From the IMG/VR virus record IMGVR_UViG_3300020469_000008, positions 64,001-128,000 of that record: a stretch of DNA of 64,000 nucleotides; one strand, written 5' to 3'. The position numbers were made by a program, and so were the translations under genes. Of this stretch, positions 56,276 through 64,000 are shown piece by piece; position 1 is the stretch's first letter, and the number at the start of each line of letters is the position of its first letter. Source of the stretch: a virus. Lineage: Duplodnaviria; Caudoviricetes. The notes beneath the pieces are model-generated. The model did not search any database, was not told where the DNA came from, and saw nothing but the letters and a program-made list of their open reading frames with translations.

Positions 56276-56689
56276 GTGCGCTACAGTGAAAAAGTAAATG
56301 ATCATTTTGCAAACCCGAGAAACGTAGGGAGTCTAGATAAAGATTCGACGCAAGTAGGGACAGCTGTTGTTGGCGCACCTGCCTGTGGTGACGTAATGCA
56401 ACTACAACTAAAAATATCTGATGAGGGAATTATAGAAGATGCAAAGTTTAAAACATTCGGTTGTGGATCAGCTATAGCTTCAAGCTCTCTTGTTACTACA
56501 ATGGTAAAAGGTAAAAACTTATTAGAAGCTAGTTCGATTAAAAATATTCACATTGCAAAAGAATTAGAATTACCTCCCCAAAAGATTCACTGTTCTGTTC
56601 TTGCAGAAGATGCAATTAAAGCAGCAATCAAAGATTACCAAGAAAAAAATAGACAAACAAATACGGGAAAGAAAAAAGATGAGACCTAG
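56276..56689 (+). CDS. iscU: Fe-S scaffold IscU
   Basis: YSEKV.DHF.NPRNVG, GAPACGDVM, FKTFGCGSAIASSS and KIHCSVLAEDAIKAAI. Confidence 0.96.
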   Translation: MRYSEKVNDHFANPRNVGSLDKDSTQVGTAVVGAPACGDVMQLQLKISDEGIIEDAKFKTFGCGSAIASSSLVTTMVKGKNLLEASSIKNIHIAKELELPPQKIHCSVLAEDAIKAAIKDYQEKNRQTNTGKKKDET

Positions 56690-57092
56690 CTGGAACGAAA
56701 TATGGAAGAGGTTTGCTGAAGACATTGCAAAGAGATCACCAGATCCAAAGTTTCAAGTTGGAGCCGTCATTGTTTCTGATGACAACACACAAGTACTTGC
56801 ACTAGGTTATAACGGGGATCATAAAGGTGGTCCTAACTGTAGAGACTCTCTCGAGACTGGAAAAAGTGGTTTTATACATGCAGAAGTTAATGCTTTAATA
56901 AAGTGTGATTTTAACAATCCTAAAGCAAAAAAAATGTATTTAACACACGCACCTTGTCCTGTTTGTGCAAAATGTATTGTTAACGCTGGAATTGAACAAG
57001 TTCTATATATAAATGATTACGAACCTGATATGACAGGTGTGAAAATATTGCGCGATTGTGATGTTTCTGTAGTAAAATTAGTTGATAATTAA
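56679..57092 (+). CDS. dCMP deaminase
   Basis: RPSW.E....A..IA.RS, VGAVIV, GYNG, HAEVNAL and PCPVCAK.I..AGI. Confidence 0.92.
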   Translation: MRPSWNEIWKRFAEDIAKRSPDPKFQVGAVIVSDDNTQVLALGYNGDHKGGPNCRDSLETGKSGFIHAEVNALIKCDFNNPKAKKMYLTHAPCPVCAKCIVNAGIEQVLYINDYEPDMTGVKILRDCDVSVVKLVDN

Positions 57093-57131
57093 CCACGAAT
57101 TTGATAATTAATTGTGTGGTGAGGTTTAGTT

Positions 57132-57371
57132 TTGAATGAAAACTTAAAAAAAGGCATTAAAAAGAAAAAGGGCAAAATTATTAATATGTTGTCAAATGCA
57201 ATGTTGATAAGACATAAGCCTACAAAGATTGAATACACAATTCAAAAGATTGTCATTAATAATGATGAACCTTTAATTATCGCATATAGATATTATAGTA
57301 AACCAAACAGTGGGAAAAAAGTTTTTATTGAGATACCCATGAGTGATTTTAAGGAATATGAGTCGGTGTAA
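57132..57371 (+). CDS. Hypothetical protein
   Basis: Two GATAATTA motifs upstream (57084, 57103) and a GAGG SD. Confidence 0.65.
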   Translation: MNENLKKGIKKKKGKIINMLSNAMLIRHKPTKIEYTIQKIVINNDEPLIIAYRYYSKPNSGKKVFIEIPMSDFKEYESV

Positions 57372-57373
57372 AA

Positions 57374-58051
57374 ATGGATAAATTGTTTAACGGAAAAATT
57401 AAAGACGTAATACGTGATACGTTAAGGGTTGACGAAGCTTTGACAGCATCTGAGAAAAAATTTACTTTCAATTCAGACTTTTTAAGTAACGACAACTTTC
57501 AAAATCATATTGAGTTGTATCAAGGATATCTTAAGAACTTTAATGAAGTTAGTGCAAAACTTGATACTGCTGACAAACAAAATGTTAATTGTAATCATTC
57601 AGAATTCAGATCACTAAAACTTGATGAAACATTTAATATGAATGGCGTGTATTTGCACGAGCTATATTTCGCAAATATAGGCGATATTCATTCTGAAATT
57701 AAAATGGATTCCCTCGCTTATATGCGCTTATCCAGAGACTTTGGTAGTTTTGATGCTTGGCAAAAAGATTTTATTGCATGTGCAGCAGCCTCACAATGTG
57801 GATGGGCTGTCACCTACTTTAACACATACACACAGACTTATATGAATGCTGTTATCGATTTACATACAAACAATATTCCGTTTGGCACATATCCTGTTAT
57901 TGTCATGGATGTTTGGCAACACGCATACTATCGTGACTACTTAAAAGATGTTACTACATACACTAGAGCCATGATGAAATTATTAAGATGGCCTGTTATA
58001 GAAGAACGTGTCAAAAAAGCAGACAAAATATTACAAGTTCTCAGGAGTTAA
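57374..58051 (+). CDS. sod: Fe/Mn superoxide dismutase-like protein with N-terminal extension
   Basis: HIELYQGY, LHELYF, CGWA and DVWQHAYY retain the metal ligands. Confidence 0.82.
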   Translation: MDKLFNGKIKDVIRDTLRVDEALTASEKKFTFNSDFLSNDNFQNHIELYQGYLKNFNEVSAKLDTADKQNVNCNHSEFRSLKLDETFNMNGVYLHELYFANIGDIHSEIKMDSLAYMRLSRDFGSFDAWQKDFIACAAASQCGWAVTYFNTYTQTYMNAVIDLHTNNIPFGTYPVIVMDVWQHAYYRDYLKDVTTYTRAMMKLLRWPVIEERVKKADKILQVLRS

Positions 58052-58052
58052 T

Positions 58053-58652
58053 ATGAGTGACAAACTATATAAATTTTTATTTGAACAGGATGAAGACTTA
58101 GGCGACGCGCCAGAGGGAGGAGTCAAAGTAGACACTCAACCTAAAGCACGCAAGGCAGATGATTCTGTTGATGATCAGATCGATTCCTTAATTCTATTAT
58201 ATGAAAAAAGGGCAATTAGAGATGACGAAGACAACTTAATGGAGTCCTTAAATAGAACTTCTCTAAAGTATTTATTTGAACAAGAAGAGGAAGAACCAGC
58301 TGAGGAAGAACCAGCTGAAGAATCTGAAACTGAACCTACAGGGTCAGAAGAAATAACAACAACCGCAGCAGTTTCAGAGCCGGTTCCTGACATAGACATC
58401 GACAAATTCACAATTAAAATCGCACGTTTAATTATGAATCACAGACAATTGCTTGATGTTGAAACTGCAATTATAAATAGAACAAAAAACTTCTTAGACG
58501 AAAATTATGGTGATAAATTTGTAGTACGTTATTTAGATGTACTAGAAGAACAGTTTGGTATATCAGCACAAGAATTTGACATGAAGCCTGTTGAGGACGC
58601 ACCTTACGCGATCGGGGCAAATCCTGCTGGAGCCGGAATGAGTGGAGGCTAA
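58053..58652 (+). CDS. Acidic hypothetical protein
   Basis: ATG 58053 after AGGAG. Repeated (F/Y)LFEQ sites and an EEEPA tandem repeat. Confidence 0.75.
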   Translation: MSDKLYKFLFEQDEDLGDAPEGGVKVDTQPKARKADDSVDDQIDSLILLYEKRAIRDDEDNLMESLNRTSLKYLFEQEEEEPAEEEPAEESETEPTGSEEITTTAAVSEPVPDIDIDKFTIKIARLIMNHRQLLDVETAIINRTKNFLDENYGDKFVVRYLDVLEEQFGISAQEFDMKPVEDAPYAIGANPAGAGMSGG

Positions 58653-58653
58653 A

Positions 58654-58923
58654 ATGTCTAGACAATATGATGTGTTAGTAAAGAAATCAGTACACTTTAA
58701 CTTGACAAAAGATAGTCATACTGCACTCAAAATGGCATGCACAGCACGAAGCCTATCAATGCAAGAAGTTATTGAAGCGTTTGCCAAGAGAATTGAAATA
58801 GAAGATAATAAGATGATTAAATTCTTAGATGATGTAGTTGAAGAAAAGAAACACAAAGCCAAAAAAAGTTTCAGCAAATCAGATGTTGAAAGTATATTTA
58901 GTATGATAGAAGACGAGGAATAA
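58654..58923 (+). CDS. Ribbon-helix-helix-like DNA-binding protein
   Basis: KSVHFNL...H.ALK..C....SMQEVIE pattern. Confidence 0.55.
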   Translation: MSRQYDVLVKKSVHFNLTKDSHTALKMACTARSLSMQEVIEAFAKRIEIEDNKMIKFLDDVVEEKKHKAKKSFSKSDVESIFSMIEDEE

Positions 58924-58924
58924 C

Positions 58925-59383
58925 ATGAAAATATCAAGAAGACAACTTAGAAAAATTATTTTAGAAGCATTTCCAAGAGATGAATATGGATATGATGCTT
59001 TAAAAACACAAGCAGAATTAGACGATGGCGACGGAGAATACGCACTGTCATCATCACAAAGACACTCTTTAGACCGCCAAGAAGAATTAAAAGATATGAA
59101 ACTCAATGATGATAATGCTTACCTTGTGCATGTATACTTAGCCTCTGCACTTAGTGACGGTGATAAGATGGCAAGAGTTCCAGCGTGGGGTGTGGCTGCT
59201 AGTCAGCTGTCGACACGTTTTTCAGCAAATTCATCTGATGAAATAATGCCTGAAGTTGAAGAGGTATTAAATAGCTTTTTATCTAACCCGAAACTTGGGA
59301 TGATGGATAAAAGAAGACTCCAACGCGAAATACCTAAATTTAAGGACATGTTACGAAGAGCGATGGATAATCCTGAATTTTAA
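58925..59383 (+). CDS. Hypothetical protein with basic N-terminal tag (MKISRRQLRKIILE)
   Basis: Tag at the N-terminus and a GAGG SD. Confidence 0.8.
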   Translation: MKISRRQLRKIILEAFPRDEYGYDALKTQAELDDGDGEYALSSSQRHSLDRQEELKDMKLNDDNAYLVHVYLASALSDGDKMARVPAWGVAASQLSTRFSANSSDEIMPEVEEVLNSFLSNPKLGMMDKRRLQREIPKFKDMLRRAMDNPEF

Positions 59384-59395
59384 AAAGAGGTTTTT

Positions 59396-59665
59396 ATGGG
59401 AATAGAAGAAATTAAAGACGCAGTAAAAAGTTTACCTGCTGAAAAAGTAGAAGCACTTAAAAAAGATTTATATCTTGACACTAAGACAAAAGGTATTCTT
59501 GATAGTATGCAGGAAAAGATTGTTTCACGAAAATTGTTAGTGTTTGGTACCGCGACTGCATTATTAGTATATGCAGGTTTAGATGCAGATATATGGGGAA
59601 TGATTGCAATGATGTACATTGGTGGACAATCAGCAATTGATTTCGCAAAAATATGGAAGGGTTAA
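59396..59665 (+). CDS. Holin-like membrane protein
   Basis: SRKLL followed by two short TM segments and YIGGQSAIDF..K. Confidence 0.6.
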   Translation: MGIEEIKDAVKSLPAEKVEALKKDLYLDTKTKGILDSMQEKIVSRKLLVFGTATALLVYAGLDADIWGMIAMMYIGGQSAIDFAKIWKG

Positions 59666-59669
59666 TAAA

Positions 59670-60065
59670 ATGAAAAAATTAAATAGAAGAAAGCTAAGAG
59701 ATGTAGTTTTAAAAGAAACAAAAAAAATCCTTAAAGAATTTCGAAACATCAATCAACTTGACGTGGTACATGTAGCACCTGTTGTTAGAGACTTTAATAA
59801 AAAAGTCGTTGCTGCGCTCGCAAAATACAATACAAATCAACTGCCTCAAGATTTATCTGAAAATGGTAGGCAGATAGCATACCAGTTTGAAACAATGATT
59901 GCATCAACAAATTCAATCATGGGTCCAGATCGCACAACTGATGATAGAATTGCAACATGTGATAGAGCAATCAATGATATACAAGAGATGAAAATATTAC
60001 TTAAACAATCATCCCGCGTTGATTATGATGACACAGTCCTTACATCTAGACCGTATGATAACTAA
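59670..60065 (+). CDS. Hypothetical protein with basic N-terminal tag (MKKLNRRKLRDVVLKE)
   Basis: Tag at the N-terminus. Confidence 0.7.
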   Translation: MKKLNRRKLRDVVLKETKKILKEFRNINQLDVVHVAPVVRDFNKKVVAALAKYNTNQLPQDLSENGRQIAYQFETMIASTNSIMGPDRTTDDRIATCDRAINDIQEMKILLKQSSRVDYDDTVLTSRPYDN

Positions 60066-60078
60066 TCTTGGATTATAA

Positions 60079-60414
60079 GTGTTCGAAAAAATAAAAGAAT
60101 ATTGGCAGTGGATTTTAGGCGTTATCGTAGCGATATTAGGTGTTGGTGTGTTAGCATCTAAAAAAAGAGACAGTAGAACAATAGTAAAGGTAAGTGACGG
60201 TGAGCTTGAAAAGATCCGCGGCGAGAAGATTATCTCGGCCCAAGAAGACATATATGAACAACATCTTGAGAAAAGGTCTACTGCGCAGGAAGAGTTTGCG
60301 CGCAAGAGCGAGAAGATTGCTAAAATTAAATCCGCGCGCCAAAAAGAATTAGAAAACAATCCCGAAGAACTTGATAAAATCTTAAAGGAGAAATACAAGT
60401 TAAAGGGGGAATAA
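60079..60414 (+). CDS. Inner-spanin-like protein
   Basis: A single N-terminal TM followed by a charged coiled coil, near the holin-like gene. Confidence 0.5.
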   Translation: MFEKIKEYWQWILGVIVAILGVGVLASKKRDSRTIVKVSDGELEKIRGEKIISAQEDIYEQHLEKRSTAQEEFARKSEKIAKIKSARQKELENNPEELDKILKEKYKLKGE

Positions 60415-60809
60415 TGTTTTTACTTGCTTTTATAAGCACACTATGGGCAGCTGATGTTGATTATGCAAATGTTGATAAAGGTGATGTAGCGCCATTTACT
60501 GGCAAGCTGCTAACACATGATGCATTGTCACAAATAATTACAACTCATGAAAAAGAATTACTTCAAGCAGATCTGGATAAAGAATTTGAACTGCAAAAAG
60601 TGACAGACACACTTAATCTTAAATATGACTTATACTATGCGCGGGCAGAAGCTGACAAAGCGATGTATCAACAAATGATTGAACTGCGTGACGAAGAAAT
60701 AAAAATACAATCGCGTAAAGATTGGATTCAACGTCTAGCTTTCTTTGGTGGTTTTGCATTAGGGACAGCAACGACAATAGGAATTACGTATTCTGTTAAT
60801 CAAAATTAG
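60414..60809 (+). CDS. Spanin-like / secreted membrane-anchored protein
   Basis: Signal peptide, GDVAPFTGKLL, coiled coil and a C-terminal TM. No lipobox Cys. Confidence 0.45.
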   Translation: MFLLAFISTLWAADVDYANVDKGDVAPFTGKLLTHDALSQIITTHEKELLQADLDKEFELQKVTDTLNLKYDLYYARAEADKAMYQQMIELRDEEIKIQSRKDWIQRLAFFGGFALGTATTIGITYSVNQN

Positions 60810-60848
60810 TATCGACATAATAATTAGTACATATCACGCGAGGTTGAA

Positions 60849-63536
60849 ATGAAAGTAGCAGTAAAGAAACGCGTTTTATTTAATTTATTAAAAAATCGAT
60901 TAAATGAAAATAGAATGCAAGGTGGCGATATGGCGGGTCGTTTAATACACCCATTTAACATCCAGTCACCAAACTCCGATCCTTTTGGATTCTACGAAGA
61001 CGACGAGGAAACTCCGATAAAAGTTTCAGATCATATGTCTGTACAATTGTCTGTTCCAAAGATGCCTGTTGAAGATGAGGATTTTGTACCTAGTACAATA
61101 ACTGAATTGTGTAACGCTGCAACTTTAATATGCAAAGAGGTTCCTTTAACACAAATTGAATATTATTATCGGCAGTTACATATGCTTTTAGATAGAGCAC
61201 TCGATAGAGAGTCAGACCAAGGCCTAAATATGGTTAACGAATCTTTTGAAATTTCCAGAAATACAACTATAAAAGATTTCACCATGATATCAGAATCGTC
61301 TAGGATAAGGGTAAGACAAAGAAAAAACACGCCAACAGAAGCTCTTCCTGCTGAATTGCAACCGGAAGACTTGCCTGGATTTGCTGAAGCAACTAATAAA
61401 GATGAATATATGAGAGGCTATAACTTTGCTGCTGACTTTGAAGTCGAAGGTAAATCTGAAGATGAGTTATATGAACATGATATATATGTCGCAGCGCAAT
61501 CAGATGATTTCAAAGCTGGTTATTCTGCGGGTGACGAGGTTGCAACTGGAATACAGTATGATGTAAGTGCTGAAAGGCCACTTTTTCCGACTAGGGCAGG
61601 AGAAGAGAAAAGAGGCGTAGGAATTCCGTTGTTTGATAGTTACGAGCAGTTTTTAGCAAGAGGCACTGAACTAGACCCAGTAACAGGAGATGTAGACACA
61701 TCAGCATATGATAATGCAACACCCCAAGAAAAAGCTGCTATGGATGCTAGTGCTGCGCTCCAAGAAGTTTTTAAAGAAATCCATTCTGAAGCTACAGCAA
61801 TAATGATGGATCCAAAAATGGCAAGAGAATTTGGTGCGTTAATGACGCCTATAACACAAGAAATGGGTTTAGGTAGTACTGATATTCTAACACCTTTAAA
61901 CGTTGGGCGAATGTTTTCATACGTCAACAGAATGAAAGATCAAACAAAGAAACTCCAGAAAATACAAGATCTTCAAATGAAAATGTTCACAGTAATAAGT
62001 GAAGCTTTAGACAAAACTTTGAAACGAAAGCCTAGAATAAGAAAAGCGATTCAAGGGTATGCTTCAGAAGCGAACGTCCCGTTAGATCAGTTTATGTTAA
62101 AATTAAAAGAAGACATAACTAATTCTTATACACAATACGGTTCGACCAGTAGGGTTGCAGCGCAAGGTGGTGATGCCGCGGTTGTCAATAGTGCAATTGA
62201 TAAGTTGTTTGCAGTTTTTATTAAAACTTTAAAATTACCAGGTACAGACAATAAATTTAAAGACAGGAGTCACTTTTATAGAAACGTTGATTTAAATAGC
62301 TTAGAAGAGATACTTGACGGTTTTAAGGCAGTAATTGATAACCAACTTAAAGATAAAACAAATCCTGACTTATATGTTGTTCGTGATAGAGACGTAACGG
62401 TAGGACTTACAGAAGAAGAAATTATGGGCACAGTTGAAACATATATTAATTTAGAATTTGAACAAGCTGAAAGCACACAGACAGGTGACCCAACTAGCGA
62501 AGAAACTCAGGACACAATTGATTTAGAGAATGAAACCACTGATGAAGTATCTGAAATCGAAGCTGACGATTACTTAACTGCACTTGAAAGATATGGGAAG
62601 AGATATGCTCAAGGAAAAAATGTAGAATTCCAAGATATGGCACCATTTTTTGGATATTCAAACACCTCTGGCATGCGCCAGTACTATTTAAAAGACATTT
62701 TAACGAAACTTCAAATGTTAGCTTTTACAGACACAGATGGACAACCATCGAGTGTGGGAGACCTACAGGATGAGAATGCTGTTCTAATTGTAAACAAAAT
62801 GGTTGAAGTTGTACAGACAAACCTAATACCTGAATATGAAAAGAAAGTAAACAAAGGCCAGACTAAGCCTAGAAATATTGACAAGAAAAACAAAGTTAAG
62901 GAAGTTGGTACCACAGAGATCTTAGCAGCATTAAAGGAACAAATCTTACCTAGTCTAGAATTGCTACAGAAATTATTTGCTCAAGGATATAAGTTTACAG
63001 AAATAGCAGCTGACGAAAATCACGTTGCTTATGATGCACTTCAGCTAGTTGGAGGTTCAGTCTTTAGAGAAGTTCAGGACGCGCCTATATCAAATGCTTT
63101 AAGTAAAATGTTGAAGAAAAGAAATGAATTAATTGCTGATGAAATAATTGCAAGAGTAGGACAAGGTAAAGTTAACAGAACAGATATTACCGACAAAGGT
63201 GGTATTGCAGAATACTTCACAGGTCTCAAAGGGTTGCCAGATTTTGATGCTGATCCGACATCAAAAAAAGGAAAAATTGTGGGGAAACTTATCAACATTG
63301 GAATCACAGCAGAAGTTTTTGCTGAAGTTTTAGTAGAAACAGACATAATTTGGAACGAAGTAATTCTTGATGAACTCCAATATGAGGGAGGCGAATATCG
63401 TGATGAGATAGTTGCGGGTTACAAAAGCTTAGTAGACGATGAAAAATTAATGAAGAAAACAATTTTGTCAGGAATTAAGGCAATAGCACAAGAAAAACAC
63501 TATATGAATTTAGAAAAGCAACCGGGCAGAAAATGA
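60849..63536 (+). CDS. Large hypothetical (probable head-internal/ejection) protein
   Basis: 895 aa, AATAATTA at 60819-60826, a basic N-terminus ending RLNE and a further VNE site. Confidence 0.75.
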   Translation: MKVAVKKRVLFNLLKNRLNENRMQGGDMAGRLIHPFNIQSPNSDPFGFYEDDEETPIKVSDHMSVQLSVPKMPVEDEDFVPSTITELCNAATLICKEVPLTQIEYYYRQLHMLLDRALDRESDQGLNMVNESFEISRNTTIKDFTMISESSRIRVRQRKNTPTEALPAELQPEDLPGFAEATNKDEYMRGYNFAADFEVEGKSEDELYEHDIYVAAQSDDFKAGYSAGDEVATGIQYDVSAERPLFPTRAGEEKRGVGIPLFDSYEQFLARGTELDPVTGDVDTSAYDNATPQEKAAMDASAALQEVFKEIHSEATAIMMDPKMAREFGALMTPITQEMGLGSTDILTPLNVGRMFSYVNRMKDQTKKLQKIQDLQMKMFTVISEALDKTLKRKPRIRKAIQGYASEANVPLDQFMLKLKEDITNSYTQYGSTSRVAAQGGDAAVVNSAIDKLFAVFIKTLKLPGTDNKFKDRSHFYRNVDLNSLEEILDGFKAVIDNQLKDKTNPDLYVVRDRDVTVGLTEEEIMGTVETYINLEFEQAESTQTGDPTSEETQDTIDLENETTDEVSEIEADDYLTALERYGKRYAQGKNVEFQDMAPFFGYSNTSGMRQYYLKDILTKLQMLAFTDTDGQPSSVGDLQDENAVLIVNKMVEVVQTNLIPEYEKKVNKGQTKPRNIDKKNKVKEVGTTEILAALKEQILPSLELLQKLFAQGYKFTEIAADENHVAYDALQLVGGSVFREVQDAPISNALSKMLKKRNELIADEIIARVGQGKVNRTDITDKGGIAEYFTGLKGLPDFDADPTSKKGKIVGKLINIGITAEVFAEVLVETDIIWNEVILDELQYEGGEYRDEIVAGYKSLVDDEKLMKKTILSGIKAIAQEKHYMNLEKQPGRK

Positions 63537-63958
63537 GTAGATTATTAGAAAACATACTTAAAAATCGGCAGCAACAAAAATTAAATGAACTTGATATGAC
63601 AAAAAGTGGAACTGCAATGATGCGTCATTTAGGGAGTAATTTCCCATATGTTGATGATAACAATCTACCCATTGAGCCTGAGGGTGCTAATTGGAAACAA
63701 GTTCAGCAAAACGATAGAATATGTTTGCAAAAAACTTATGAGCTTGATGCAATAAAATTTTTAAAGTATTTTGTTAATGAGTTAATTCACCTTGCTGAAG
63801 AAATGTACCACCATCCAGAAATTTTAATTAATCACACAGAAGTCACTATAACATTATTTACACGCGACTTAAATGACGTAACTGATCGTGATATCCAGAT
63901 GTCTAAAAAGATTGATGAAGTAATTGAAGATATTAACGTCATAAAGTTTAGAGGGTAA
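63533..63958 (+). CDS. Pterin-4a-carbinolamine dehydratase (PCD/PhhB)-like protein with N-terminal extension
   Basis: L.KTYE.......FVN.L...AEE..HHPEI.....V.I.L.T.D...VT..D..M...ID. Confidence 0.8.
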   Translation: MSRLLENILKNRQQQKLNELDMTKSGTAMMRHLGSNFPYVDDNNLPIEPEGANWKQVQQNDRICLQKTYELDAIKFLKYFVNELIHLAEEMYHHPEILINHTEVTITLFTRDLNDVTDRDIQMSKKIDEVIEDINVIKFRG

Positions 63959-63959
63959 T

Positions 63960-64000
63960 ATGTCTTTTTTTGTAAGTGATAGTTTAAAAGGTATTATAAG
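63960..64000 (+). CDS. Start of next ORF (3' partial)
   Basis: GAGG SD, then ATG TCT TTT TTT GTA AGT..., open to the window end. Confidence 0.55.
   Translation, partial: MSFFVSDSLKGII

Noticed and set aside
58283-58325. 15-nt tandem repeat encoding EEEPA-EEEPA
   Set aside because: This is an ordinary low-complexity linker expansion with no evidence of separate function.
1-64000. Stop-codon reassignment (TAG recoding seen in some huge phages)
   Set aside because: Conserved enzymes are full length under the standard code, and TAG, TAA and TGA all terminate genes at expected ends (e.g. sheath and DnaE end in TAG).
1-64000. tRNA, rRNA or riboswitch (e.g. a cobalamin riboswitch before nrdJ)
   Set aside because: Intergenic gaps are short and no cloverleaf or conserved riboswitch core was recognised. 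nrdJ is only 8 nt from the helicase stop. A tRNAscan/Infernal run would be needed for certainty.

Overview
This is a 64-kb, AT-rich, densely coded, almost all plus-strand segment of a large contractile-tailed (T4-like/jumbo myovirus) phage genome. It contains a tail and baseplate module (about 1-13 kb) and a replication block (minimal family-A polymerase, gp32-like SSB, RecA/UvsX, 5'-3' exonuclease, DnaB-like helicase, class II RNR; about 13-22.5 kb). These are followed by ClpP, a ferritin-like protein, an endolysin and large virion proteins (about 23-35 kb). A long nucleotide-metabolism and repair region with DnaE runs from about 36 to 57 kb, and holin/spanin-like and head-internal-type genes occupy about 57-64 kb. 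A CglF-like gliding-motility gene suggests a Myxococcota-type (or other Glt-bearing deltaproteobacterial) host. The top candidates for novel biology are four. (1) A probable cytosine-modification pathway built on an NMP kinase fused to a stripped-down T4 gp42-like (dCMP-type) thymidylate-synthase fold, with a divergent ThyX, dCTPase/dUTPase-like enzymes, sugar epimerases and a eukaryote-like MBD4 + Nei repair pair. (2) A stand-alone phage cglF. (3) A basic MKI(S/T)RRQL..II.E tag on about 10 unrelated late proteins, probably a capsid-targeting/propeptide signal. (4) A +1/-2 frameshift in the tail chaperone. Family assignments come from motif recognition and remembered reference sequences, not database searches. 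No tRNA, rRNA, CRISPR array, intron or intein was recognised.
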